Of a stretch of DNA of 64,000 nucleotides, positions 22,767-32,257 are shown in pieces (position 1 is the stretch's first letter; each line of letters begins with the position of its first letter). The DNA comes from an uncultured Lentisphaeria bacterium (GTDB lineage: Bacteria; Fidelibacterota; UBA8477; JABMPR01), in the NCBI GenBank assembly GCA_964469505.1, contig CAYXZO010000001.1:37402-101401 (forward strand). Reading direction: 5' to 3'. The position numbers and the translations under genes were made by a program. The notes beneath the pieces were generated by a model that had not been told where the DNA came from, made no database searches, and saw nothing but the letters and a program-made list of their open reading frames with translations.

Positions 22767-24139
22767 AAGCTCACCACCTCCACCCGCGGGTTAATGAACT
22801 TTTTGGGAATCAATGCCGGCCAGAAAGCCACAATTTCCTGAGGCTTGGGCCGCCCACCAGCAAAACCGGTGACTCCCGGCGGACCGTTGGTGATTACTGG
22901 CGCCAGCTCCATGCCGAATCGGGCCACTTTTTCCCGGTCCTGATCTCTCACGCTCAGACGCACCACCACCTCGTTGATCTGCGGCGGCAGGGGCACAATG
23001 TCTCCATGGCAGGAAGAAACTCCCAGGAATTCGGTATGGGTGGCTTCGTATTCATACCCGGCCCGGGCCAGGCGTTCCCAGATGATTTCTGCCACTTTCC
23101 TGGCTTTGCTGTAAGCCCGGGGACCGGAAACGGTCAGTTGGCCGGATGCTTTATAGCCCGCAAAATAGCTCAATGAAACTTTGTAGAATTCCGTGGGAGC
23201 ACGGCCTTTCACGCCGGTCACCCGCACCCGATCCTGGCTCTCCTCCTCCAGTCGCACGGTGGTGAAGTCCACCACCACCTCCGGGGAGATGTAATTCTGC
23301 GGATCACCCATTTCATACAGCATCTGTTCGGCAACGCTCATCCGATTTACCAGCCCGCCCGTGCCGGGGTGTTTGGTGATGCGAAACTCTCCGCTGGCTT
23401 CCATCTCGATTATGGGATAACCAATTCCAGCGTAATCGGGCACTTCCCACCAGCGGGAGTAATTGCCACCAGTGCACTGGGCGCCGCATTCGGTGATATG
23501 TCCAGCCACGGTACCGGCGGCCAGTTTGTCGTAATCGTCCAGAGACCAGCCGAAATGGTAGATCATGGGGCCCAGGGCCAACCCCGGGTCAGTCACGCGC
23601 CCTGTGAGGACTATCTGCGCCCCCTGGTCCAGGGCCTGGGCCACCGGCTCCGCCCCCAGGTACACGTTGGCCGAAAGGACCTTATCCCGATAGGGTTCGA
23701 ACGACTCACCGGTCTCCATATTGCGGAAATCCACGCCTTGAGCCATGAGTTCACCCAGGCGGTCCAGAATATCATCACCCGTCACCAGCCCCAGTTTCAG
23801 ATCGCGGATGTTCTGCTTCCGTGCCGTTTCAAACAAAGCTTCCGCCGCCGCCGGAGCATTCACGCCCCCAGCGTTGGCGATCACTTTGATATCCCTTTCC
23901 AGGAGAGTAGGCAGCAGCTTACCCATCAGAGGCACAAAGTCCCGGGCATAGCCCCGTTTAGGGTCCTTTAACTTTTGCCGCTGCATGATGGAGAGTGTCA
24001 CTTCAGCCAGGTAATCCATAGTGAGGTAATCCAGCGGCCCTCTCTCCACCAGGTGGATCGGGGCATCCACCGAATCACCCCAAAACCCCTGGCCGTTGCC
24101 AATGCGGATTGCTCGTTTAGTTCCCCCAGTGTCTGGCAT
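22763..24139 (-). CDS. AtuA-like protein (acyclic terpene utilisation family, DUF1446)
   Basis: 458-aa ORF starting MPDTGGTKRAIRIGNGQGFWGDSVDAPIHLVERGPLDYLTMDYLAEVTLSIM…, which resembles the AtuA N-terminus. It lies in an operon with a carboxyltransferase and an enoyl-CoA hydratase. Confidence 0.7.
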   Translation of the reverse strand: MPDTGGTKRAIRIGNGQGFWGDSVDAPIHLVERGPLDYLTMDYLAEVTLSIMQRQKLKDPKRGYARDFVPLMGKLLPTLLERDIKVIANAGGVNAPAAAEALFETARKQNIRDLKLGLVTGDDILDRLGELMAQGVDFRNMETGESFEPYRDKVLSANVYLGAEPVAQALDQGAQIVLTGRVTDPGLALGPMIYHFGWSLDDYDKLAAGTVAGHITECGAQCTGGNYSRWWEVPDYAGIGYPIIEMEASGEFRITKHPGTGGLVNRMSVAEQMLYEMGDPQNYISPEVVVDFTTVRLEEESQDRVRVTGVKGRAPTEFYKVSLSYFAGYKASGQLTVSGPRAYSKARKVAEIIWERLARAGYEYEATHTEFLGVSSCHGDIVPLPPQINEVVVRLSVRDQDREKVARFGMELAPVITNGPPGVTGFAGGRPKPQEIVAFWPALIPKKFINPRVEVVSL

Positions 24140-24230
24140 AGCTAAGCTTCCTGTATTTCTTTCTCTTTATTTGTAAGAACGTTTACCACGCGGCGCAATT
24201 TGCGTCACTTCCCGCTCGAAGGAACGCTGG

Positions 24231-25913
24231 TTAAACCTGCAAAACGCCGAAGTTGGGTGCCGGTAGCTTGGTCTGGTGCGCGCACAGCTCCAAAGAACGA
24301 ATTAATACTTCCCGCGTGTCTTCCGGATTGATGATTTCATCCACCCACAAGCGGGCCGCGGCGTAGCGGGGGTCACTTTGTTTGCGATAGACCTCTTTGA
24401 TTTCTTCTAAAATCTTGTTTTTGGTTTCCTCGTCGGGATTTTTCATCTTGGCCAGCCGGATTTGGGCTAAGGTATTGGCCGCTTGAGCACCTCCCATCAC
24501 GGCAATACGCGCCGTGGGCCAGGCATACATGAAGCGCGGTTCATAGGCGCGGCCGCTCATGGCGTAATTACCGGCACCGTAACTACCACCAATTACCACT
24601 GTAATTTTCGGGACAATGGAATTAGCCACGGCCTGCACCATTTTGGCTCCGTCCTTGGCAATGCCCTCCCATTCGGCTTCCCGTCCCACCATAAAACCGT
24701 TTACGTCATGTAGGAAAATCAAGGGAATGCGGTCCTGATTGCAGTTCATGATGAAACGGGCGGCTTTATCGGCGGAATCGTTGTAAACCACTCCCCCCAT
24801 CTGGATTCTACCGGTGGCCGTCTTTACCGGAATGCGCTGATTGGCCACGATTCCCACCGCGAAACCGCCGATCCTGGCATGACCACACAGAATTGTTTTA
24901 CCATACTCAGCTTTGTATTCTTCAAAAACCGAATCATCCACGATCCGCCCGATGATTTCCCGCATGTCGAACGACCCGCCATCAGGGGGTACGATGCCAT
25001 ACAAATCTTCCGCCGGCCAGCGGGGTGGCTTGGCCTCGATGCGATTGAAAGGAGCTTTCTCAGGCGGTGGCAGAAGACTTACCAGCTTGCGGACCCGTTC
25101 AAGAGCCGCTTTATCATTGGGTTCATGGTAGTCGGCGGTTCCCGAGATGGCGTTGTGGGTGGTGGCTCCTCCCAGAGTTTCGATATCGATATCCTGCCCG
25201 ATGGCGGCTTTTACCAGCGCAGGACCGGCCAGGAACAGGCTGGAGCCTTCCACCATGATGAACTTGTCGCACATTACCGGCAGATACGCGCCACCGGCCA
25301 CACAGGGCCCCATAACTACAGCGATCTGGGGCACCCCCATAGCGGATAACCTGGCATTATTGAAAAAGATGCGTCCGAAATGGGCCTCATCGGGGAATAC
25401 CTGATCCTGCATGGGGAGAAAAACCCCTGCCGAATCCACCAGGTAGATTATCGGTAGGTGGTTTTCCAGGGCTATACGCTGGGCCCGGAGGGTTTTCTTG
25501 AGGGAAACCTCGAAATAAGCCCCGGCTTTCACGGTGGCGTCATTGGCCATGATTACCACATCCCGGCCAGCAACTTTGCCGATACCGGTGACTACTCCAG
25601 CCGCCGCTGGAGAGCCCCATTCAGGATACATTTCCCAGGCGGCGAACAACCCGAATTCGAAAAACGAGGTGCCGGGATCGATTAGCTTGGCAATGCGTTC
25701 TCGCGCTGTGAGTCGATTTTTGGCATGTTGTCGATCGATGGCTTTCGGTCCACCTCCCCGGCGTAACTCGCGGCGTTCTTCTTCCAGGGCGGCCACCAAT
25801 TCTTGCATGTAGCGACGGTTGGTTTCGAAACTGGTCCGCGGCCACTTTTCACTGGAGGTGCCGCAGATTGCTACAGGCGCAGGACTAACCTGGGGATTAA
25901 GATTCTCTGACAT
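24231..25913 (-). CDS. Acyl-CoA carboxylase carboxyltransferase (beta) subunit (methylcrotonyl-/geranyl-/propionyl-CoA carboxylase beta family)
   Basis: 560 aa with two carboxyltransferase half-domains (…VANQRIPVKTATGRIQMGGVVYNDSADKAARFIMNCNQDRIPLIFLHDVNGFMVG…). Confidence 0.88.
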   Translation of the reverse strand: MSENLNPQVSPAPVAICGTSSEKWPRTSFETNRRYMQELVAALEEERRELRRGGGPKAIDRQHAKNRLTARERIAKLIDPGTSFFEFGLFAAWEMYPEWGSPAAAGVVTGIGKVAGRDVVIMANDATVKAGAYFEVSLKKTLRAQRIALENHLPIIYLVDSAGVFLPMQDQVFPDEAHFGRIFFNNARLSAMGVPQIAVVMGPCVAGGAYLPVMCDKFIMVEGSSLFLAGPALVKAAIGQDIDIETLGGATTHNAISGTADYHEPNDKAALERVRKLVSLLPPPEKAPFNRIEAKPPRWPAEDLYGIVPPDGGSFDMREIIGRIVDDSVFEEYKAEYGKTILCGHARIGGFAVGIVANQRIPVKTATGRIQMGGVVYNDSADKAARFIMNCNQDRIPLIFLHDVNGFMVGREAEWEGIAKDGAKMVQAVANSIVPKITVVIGGSYGAGNYAMSGRAYEPRFMYAWPTARIAVMGGAQAANTLAQIRLAKMKNPDEETKNKILEEIKEVYRKQSDPRYAAARLWVDEIINPEDTREVLIRSLELCAHQTKLPAPNFGVLQV

Positions 25914-27132
25914 TGGCTAAACGTTGCTCCATATCTTCTTGAAAATCATGACCTGTGTCGAACCCCACGATACGGTAGCGAATACGCCCTTGACCATCAA
26001 TAATCAGGGTAGTCGGTATTCCCTGAACGCCAAACACCATGGCGGCTCCATTATGAAAGGCTACGGGGAAGGTGTAACCATTCTCCTTGATAAAAGGCCG
26101 TACTTTAGCCGTATCCCGATCTACGGAAGCCGCCACAAAAACCAGGTCTGCATCCTGGGCATGGGTTTGATAGAATTTTTGAAATTCAGGTAGTTCTCGC
26201 TTGCAGGGCCCGCACCAGGTAGCCCAGAAATCCAGAATCAGGATTTTGCCTTTAAGTTTCGCGGGTGAAATCTCCTGTCCGGCAAAAGTAGTCATGGAAA
26301 AATCAGGGGCCGGCTCGTTAATCAATTCACCTAGTAGCTCCTCACGCCGTTTTTCCCGAAATGAGTCTCGTAACTGGCGCAGGTAAGTTACGGCATCAGC
26401 TTCGGGATGCAGCTTAGTATAGGTCGCGGCCGTCAGGTGCGCCAGATCAGCTTGCTGGGGCGCCAGTCCCCAGGCCTGGACAAAATCAGCCAACGCCTTT
26501 TCAGCTTGTCCCCGTTTCAGATAAATCTGTCCACGCCGTTTCAAGGTAGCGGAAAAAGGCATATAACTTATGGCCTTCCGATAGTCCTCCAGCGCTCGAT
26601 CGATGTCTCCCGTAAGTTCATAAACCAGTCCCCTGGTATCCAAAAAGGTAGCAGCCGATTCCACAAAATTACTTCGGGTAGTATCCAAGACATACAGGCT
26701 ATCAACGGCAAAGCTTGCCAATTTGAGGGCAGTCTTCAGGTTAAAAGTATCTTGAGCTGTACGCCAGGCAAAAGCGTTGGCAGCTTGAACTCGATCTTCC
26801 AAGCGCAAAATATGCCCCGGCGGGTAGGTCATAATTATTTGTGCCAGTTTATCAATGGGCTCAGGGTCTCGTTCATTTAGAGCACGGGTGAAAATCAGAT
26901 TCCACGAAGTAATGGCCCGGGGATCGTATTGATAATCATCCAGCAATTCCAGGGCAAAAGGTTTCCAATCCTGGTATGACATTGAGGTGCGCAACGTGTC
27001 GTTGAGCACCCGTAAACGGGCGGGCGAAGGTTCCGGTTTTTTACTGCAGGCCGCTACCAGAAGCACTCCTGCCACCAGCAACCACCCGCGAAACTTAATC
27101 TTCATCATTATTTCCTTTCTGTTGAAGCCCAA
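25897..27132 (-). CDS. TPR-repeat lipoprotein with a C-terminal TlpA-like thioredoxin domain (thiol-disulfide oxidoreductase)
   Basis: Signal peptide with lipobox (LLVAAC). TPR-like helical repeats. C-terminal …ILILDFWATWCGPCKRELPEF… with a CxxC redox motif. The start codon is uncertain (several Met near the N-terminus). Confidence 0.8.
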   Translation of the reverse strand: MGFNRKEIMMKIKFRGWLLVAGVLLVAACSKKPEPSPARLRVLNDTLRTSMSYQDWKPFALELLDDYQYDPRAITSWNLIFTRALNERDPEPIDKLAQIIMTYPPGHILRLEDRVQAANAFAWRTAQDTFNLKTALKLASFAVDSLYVLDTTRSNFVESAATFLDTRGLVYELTGDIDRALEDYRKAISYMPFSATLKRRGQIYLKRGQAEKALADFVQAWGLAPQQADLAHLTAATYTKLHPEADAVTYLRQLRDSFREKRREELLGELINEPAPDFSMTTFAGQEISPAKLKGKILILDFWATWCGPCKRELPEFQKFYQTHAQDADLVFVAASVDRDTAKVRPFIKENGYTFPVAFHNGAAMVFGVQGIPTTLIIDGQGRIRYRIVGFDTGHDFQEDMEQRLANVRES

Positions 27133-27286
27133 AGGTAGGTCACCATTTCAGCCCAAATTAGCGCAGTAGAGGTTAATGACAAAAAGAATCGCCACCATAC
27201 TCAGGACAAAAGAATTCCATTGATTCATCGCAAAAGGAGGGAAACCTTGTAAAACGGCCCTGAAACGAAGTACTTTCCCTATTACC

Positions 27287-28498
27287 ATGGTATATCAGCG
27301 ATTATTATTCAAACTCATCTTATCCAGTATTATTTATCAATTCTTCCTCAGCCAAACTATGGCCTGCCGTATGTGGGCCGCGGCCCGCTACGATACCGCT
27401 GCGTTGAGTATTACTTATCTACAGGCTGAAATAAGCGAGTTACGGCGACAGGGTGGAGGAGATAATTACTGGCCATACGACAACCTAGACGGTTGGAGTC
27501 TGGCGGGCTATGTCGCTGCAGATAGCGCCTGGATAACCCGTTCCGCGATTCCCGCCGCTCAGGATTCCAACTATGCCACCCAAAGTGCTTTTTTACTCCA
27601 GGCGGTTCCGACGAATCTATACCTGGGCCATGTGCGCACAGCCACCAGCGGAGCTCAAAACGTTCCTAATCCACATCCGTTCACTTTTCGGGATAGTTCG
27701 GGCCAAGTCTATCTTCTGGCTCATAACGGAACACTTGACAAAGAAACTTTACGCGATCTGATCGGGACCGATTGGTTGCAGCAACATCCACCTCAAACTT
27801 TTGGTCATGGCGCCTGGGACGATACCGGTTGGCCCTACGTGGTGGATTCGGAACTTCTTCTGCTCTGGATTATGCAGAATATAGAATCCGTTCAGGGAAT
27901 GGTTCTCGAAGGGATGCGGCAAGCACTTCAGGTTTTGGAAGAAATAGAGCCTTGGGCGGATAAAAACATCATTTTCGGTGATTCTGAGCGTTGGTACGCT
28001 TATCGCTCACCTGGTGGTCCGGATCTGTATTATCTGCCCGCCGGATACTCGGGACATTACGCCGTTATGAGCACTCCTCCGGATACTGGAGTCGCCGCTG
28101 CCTTGCCCTGGACTGAGATCCCCGACGGTGCTTTGGTGTATTTCAACGCCAACGAAGGGCCAGTGGTGCTCACTGATTTCGCCTCTCCAGTGGCGGCAGC
28201 TTCAACCAGTATTGTTTCCAACGAAGACATAGAATTAACCATCTATCCCTCCCCGACAAACGGCCCCCTTTCCATCAGGTGGGCAATCCCCGACAATGGA
28301 CCTGCGGAGTTCACCCTTTATTCTTTGCTGGGTTATAAGCTGCTCATAATAACAACCAATAGGATTAGTGAACAGGGACAATTGGAATTAGATCTTACTA
28401 ACCTCCATCGGGGGAAGCTATTACCGGCCGGGGTCTATATAATTCAACTTCGCACCACCCGTAGGGTAATTTCGCGAAGTATCGTAATTACAAGATAG
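27287..28498 (+). CDS. Secreted class-II glutamine amidotransferase-like Ntn-hydrolase (YafJ/EgtC-like) with a T9SS C-terminal sorting domain
   Basis: N-terminal signal peptide ending …LSQTMA followed by CRMWAAARY…, which resembles the MCRxLAY Ntn Cys1 motif. The C-terminal roughly 80 aa (…ELTIYPSPTNGPLSIRW…GVYIIQLRTTRRVISRSIVITR) match the Por secretion tail. Confidence 0.7.
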   Translation: MVYQRLLFKLILSSIIYQFFLSQTMACRMWAAARYDTAALSITYLQAEISELRRQGGGDNYWPYDNLDGWSLAGYVAADSAWITRSAIPAAQDSNYATQSAFLLQAVPTNLYLGHVRTATSGAQNVPNPHPFTFRDSSGQVYLLAHNGTLDKETLRDLIGTDWLQQHPPQTFGHGAWDDTGWPYVVDSELLLLWIMQNIESVQGMVLEGMRQALQVLEEIEPWADKNIIFGDSERWYAYRSPGGPDLYYLPAGYSGHYAVMSTPPDTGVAAALPWTEIPDGALVYFNANEGPVVLTDFASPVAAASTSIVSNEDIELTIYPSPTNGPLSIRWAIPDNGPAEFTLYSLLGYKLLIITTNRISEQGQLELDLTNLHRGKLLPAGVYIIQLRTTRRVISRSIVITR

Positions 28499-29023
28499 CT
28501 GCGACCTTTATCCGGTAAGAAACACTGTCAAGGGGCCAATATTTTGACTGCCAAGACACCAGATAGGAAAATCAAGCAAGATTGGACATCAACAAGATGG
28601 CATCAGGAATAGATCATTCATTTATGATTTATATACCTATTAATAAGCTAGTGTGCGGATTGAATTATCAACATTCAGTTTAGATTTATTTAATCAGCAT
28701 TTTAGCAGTCAGTGCAAAAATTTGATACGTCCATTTTCATCACAACAATTGATATAGTTAATGATTATTGCTAAACATAAACAGGGGCAAACAGTAAAGG
28801 GCGTGTTCTAAAAAATCCTATATCCCTGGTGACAGCTCTACGCTGAGATAATTTATTGAAATGGTATTACTACCCATCGGAGTCTAAGATGGTAGTCAAA
28901 TTCATTAATGATTTGGAGAAGCCGGAGACTATTGATCTGAACTTGTTATACGCCCGCTAATTATTACATAGATTTAATTTGAGTTTTCCCCTTTTCCCTG
29001 ATATATCGGTGTGTGGGTTCAGA
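28499..29023. other. About 525 bp of AT-rich non-coding spacer (GC far below the flanks) at the edge of the polysaccharide locus
   Basis: Compositional shift visible by eye. No ORF of 60 aa or more. Confidence 0.6.
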
Positions 29024-30709
29024 CTACCAATCGAAATATATTTTCAAACGAGCGGCCAAATCCCGACTTTCGAACTCATACGTCAATTCTAGTTGCCCCA
29101 CCCATAAACGAGTAAACCAGAAATCTATGCGACTGCCTATACTGGTTGTCGTGTTCCAGGGACTGAGCAGAAAAGGGGTATTTTCGTCCAGCGTCCTGTC
29201 TCTCAAATCATAATTGTCCGTTTCATGACTTCCCAGTCCGGAGCCTTTATCTAAGCGTGAAACTTCCAAATGCCATAACCCTCGAGATCCGAGCCACCGA
29301 TCGTAAAAAATTACAAAATGCCTGCTGTTGGGCCCAAATCGATATCCCAGGGGGTGACCACCGGAGGTGAAACTTAACAAAGAATCATCATGGGTAAATA
29401 CCCAAGGACGGGCAAGAGTGAACTCGCCTCCCAGGTCCCAGCGCGCTGAAGAAGCAACGTACCACAACCCGCCTTGGAAGATGAATTTATTACCCCACCA
29501 AGGTTTCAGCAATTCCAACCAGTTTAATTCGTCCCACAGAAAGGTTCCATATATCTCCCATCCCTTGAAATTGCGCCAGCGTCCCTCGAGAGCCATTAAC
29601 ACATTATCCCGGTCGCCTTGGTTGTGTTCTTCCGACCAGAATATGTTCACTGGTAGGAGGTAACCTAATTCGAGAAAGCGCCGGGCATAAACCACCATTT
29701 CAGTGAAAGCGATGGTAGTGGAGGGAGTCAAATCCCATTCGAATCGGTGGGCCGCCAGGCGTTTATAGGGGACCAATGAATCTCGTCGGGAAGGATCAAA
29801 CGGTACCAAGGCCCCTTGTATGCTCTGAAAACGAAAACCGCGATAGCTGGTCTGGATTGTGGCAAAGGGGTAGGCTAGAGGTTCAGCACTCAAAATTACG
29901 GGATTTAGCGGAGAGAAACCCCATTGCAGCGGTCGTTTCTCGAGGCCGATGGTAAAGCGGGGCCCATGGTATATTAGCCCCGCATAACTTCGATCCCACA
30001 CCAACCAGGGCAGGCTGCTATCCTGTAGAGTAAACCCCTGCTTATGTTCAGGAGGTAGAGGAAGATCAGAATCGGATTTTTGGGAAAGGCGATAAAGCTG
30101 GTAATCGCTGTAAAAGCTGATACCCGGTAACCACTGACCGGCTATTCTTAGTCGATCCCAATAAAAGGGACGCGCTTGGCCATTGATTATTTCTACTAGA
30201 AATGATTCCCGCCAATCGGCCCAAAGGTGTAAATCATCGCTGGCGAAGGTCCCCAAATGAGGTTCAGGCGTACGAAGTCCCTGCTGCAAATCCCAGGCTT
30301 TTAACATCTTTTGCCAGGCAGCTTTGCGCCAAGGACCACTAATTCCAGATTCCCAGGTGCTCCAATCAAACTCCGCTTGAAACCGGGATAAAAGATGGTG
30401 TTCAAACGGATCAAGCTGGTTTCGGTATCGGCCCAGTTCGTTTAAGGCTTTTAAAACCTCACTCCATGAGTAGGGTCTGTTGCCAATATTCAATTTTGAG
30501 ATTCGGCCCCGTACCATTTCCTGCCTTATAAAAAAGCCAGCTGGATGGGTAAAATCCAAAGGGACGTCCTGTCCCTGTGCACTGATTGCAATGAAGAAAA
30601 AGAGAAGCGGGATTCTGGAGCTGACTAACCCTGAATTGGGCAAAGTATTCCTGTAATGGAAAACCCGATGCAAAACTGCTCGAAGCGGTCGTAATTGTCG
30701 CATATGCAT
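29024..30709 (-). CDS. Putative outer-membrane protein (signal peptide; C-terminal aromatic residue), possibly a capsule-assembly (Wzi-like) or porin-like barrel
   Basis: 561 aa with N-terminal …RIPLLFFFIAISAQGQ signal and C-terminus …LELTYEFESRDLAARLKIYFDW. Trp/Tyr-rich and beta-strand-like. It is first in the polysaccharide locus. The Wzi assignment is speculative. Confidence 0.5.
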   Translation of the reverse strand: MHMRQLRPLRAVLHRVFHYRNTLPNSGLVSSRIPLLFFFIAISAQGQDVPLDFTHPAGFFIRQEMVRGRISKLNIGNRPYSWSEVLKALNELGRYRNQLDPFEHHLLSRFQAEFDWSTWESGISGPWRKAAWQKMLKAWDLQQGLRTPEPHLGTFASDDLHLWADWRESFLVEIINGQARPFYWDRLRIAGQWLPGISFYSDYQLYRLSQKSDSDLPLPPEHKQGFTLQDSSLPWLVWDRSYAGLIYHGPRFTIGLEKRPLQWGFSPLNPVILSAEPLAYPFATIQTSYRGFRFQSIQGALVPFDPSRRDSLVPYKRLAAHRFEWDLTPSTTIAFTEMVVYARRFLELGYLLPVNIFWSEEHNQGDRDNVLMALEGRWRNFKGWEIYGTFLWDELNWLELLKPWWGNKFIFQGGLWYVASSARWDLGGEFTLARPWVFTHDDSLLSFTSGGHPLGYRFGPNSRHFVIFYDRWLGSRGLWHLEVSRLDKGSGLGSHETDNYDLRDRTLDENTPFLLSPWNTTTSIGSRIDFWFTRLWVGQLELTYEFESRDLAARLKIYFDW

Positions 30710-31137
30710 ATTTTTCTTTTCCAGTCTGAGTTTACAATGAAAAAATCACTTTCACGAGAAAAGGTATAGGGATAAACATGCGCAAAGCAAAGGCTGGTTT
30801 ACTATTGGGATTTGACACTGGCATGTTAGGTGTCATTCCGATGCTGCTTCAAGGTTTCGACTCGTATGCCAATCAATCAGCGTTTTTTTGCTGAGTCTCC
30901 ATCGGCATATTTCTTTCTGTAACGAATGTCGACTTGAAATTGGTCTTTAAGGGGTGGTTTTAACTGGCTTAGTTCTGTTGCCCCCGATCTATGTTATCTG
31001 GCCCCAAGATCAGGATGCTCAAATTCCACTGCTGATTTCTGCGCTGTTTTTAGGAGGAGCCTTAGGTTACTTCGTAGAAAATGGAGTGATCCTTTACCTA
31101 AAGGGTAAAACTCAGGCGATCTCCGTGCTACAGATTC

Positions 31138-32208
31138 CTACTCCAACCCGAAATGATTTTTTAAAATCGCTGCAATCCGAGAGGCGGCTTGCCCATCTCC
31201 GTAATGCGGATGCCATTTCTTGGCTCTGGGAGGATTATTGATCAATTGGATAAGACGGTCCCAATCTGAAAAGACCAGAGTATTCCAGCCATCGGCCACG
31301 GTTTCTTTCCATTCAGTTTCAGTCCTGAGTGTAATACAAGGCACTCGATGAAGATAGGCTTCTTTCTGGACACCGCCAGAATCGGTGAGAATCACCGCGG
31401 CGTTCTTTTCAAGTTTGAGCATATCCAGATACCCTACTGGATCTAAAAAGCGAATGGTGGGATGATCAGCCAATTTCTCAAGCGGAATCAGCTTCCGGGT
31501 ACGAGGATGAACCGGAAACAGAACCGGTTTTTCAGCCTTCTCCAAAGCATGCAATAGTATTGACAAGCGTTTGGAATCGTCGGCGTTTACCGGGCGATGG
31601 ATCGTCATCAAAACATAGCCCCCGGCAGACAATCCGTATTTGTCCAGAATCTTGCTTTTTGTCTCTGCTACTTGCGAATAGTGATACAGGGCATCCACCA
31701 TAACATCGCCGGTCAGGTAGACTCCGCGCTCCAGCCCTTCTCTACGGAGATTATCTACCGCTTCCTGGCTGGGGCAGAATAGAAATTCAGCCAGAACATC
31801 AGTGACTACCCGATTAATCTCCTCCGGCATTCTTCGATTGTAAGAGCGCAAGCCGGCCTCTACGTGGGCAACTGGTATGTGTAGTTTCGCCGCAGCAAGA
31901 GTCCCTCCAATGGTGGCATTGGTGTCCCCATATACTAGAACAAGATCCGGCTTCTCTTTAAGCAATACTTTCTCAACCCGTACCAGGGTGGCGGCTGTTT
32001 GCTCGGCTTGCGTGCCAGATCCCACTTCCAGGTCGTAATCCGGGCGGGGGATTTCCATTTCATCGAAAAATATGCGGGCCATCTGGGGATCATAATGTTG
32101 GCCGGTGTTGACCATTATCTCTTGAAAGCCAGCTTTCCGTAGGGCTCGGGAAACCACGCTAGCTTTTATGAATTGTGGACGGGCGCCGGTGATGGAAACT
32201 ATCTTCAT
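31138..32208 (-). CDS. wecB: UDP-N-acetylglucosamine 2-epimerase (non-hydrolysing)
   Basis: 356 aa beginning MKIVSITGARPQFIKASVVSRAL…, with …VLVYGDTNATIGGTLAAAKLHIPVAHVEAGLRSYNRRMPEEINR… (canonical WecB). Confidence 0.9.
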   Translation of the reverse strand: MKIVSITGARPQFIKASVVSRALRKAGFQEIMVNTGQHYDPQMARIFFDEMEIPRPDYDLEVGSGTQAEQTAATLVRVEKVLLKEKPDLVLVYGDTNATIGGTLAAAKLHIPVAHVEAGLRSYNRRMPEEINRVVTDVLAEFLFCPSQEAVDNLRREGLERGVYLTGDVMVDALYHYSQVAETKSKILDKYGLSAGGYVLMTIHRPVNADDSKRLSILLHALEKAEKPVLFPVHPRTRKLIPLEKLADHPTIRFLDPVGYLDMLKLEKNAAVILTDSGGVQKEAYLHRVPCITLRTETEWKETVADGWNTLVFSDWDRLIQLINNPPRAKKWHPHYGDGQAASRIAAILKNHFGLE

Positions 32209-32257
32209 TGCAGTAATAATTGCCCTATGAGATACTATTGTTTACTTCGTATCGTAA

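Noticed and set aside
29024-30709. Confident assignment of the 561-aa OM protein as Wzi
   Set aside because: It is only suggested by locus context and an aromatic C-terminus. I could not recall diagnostic motifs, so it is kept as a putative outer-membrane protein.
30778-30894. 38-codon plus-strand ORF (MRKAKAGLLLGFDTGMLGVIPMLLQGFDSYANQSAFFC) with an AAAAGG SD-like sequence in the promoter region of the OM-protein gene
   Set aside because: Too short and unsupported. It may be chance within an intergenic promoter region.
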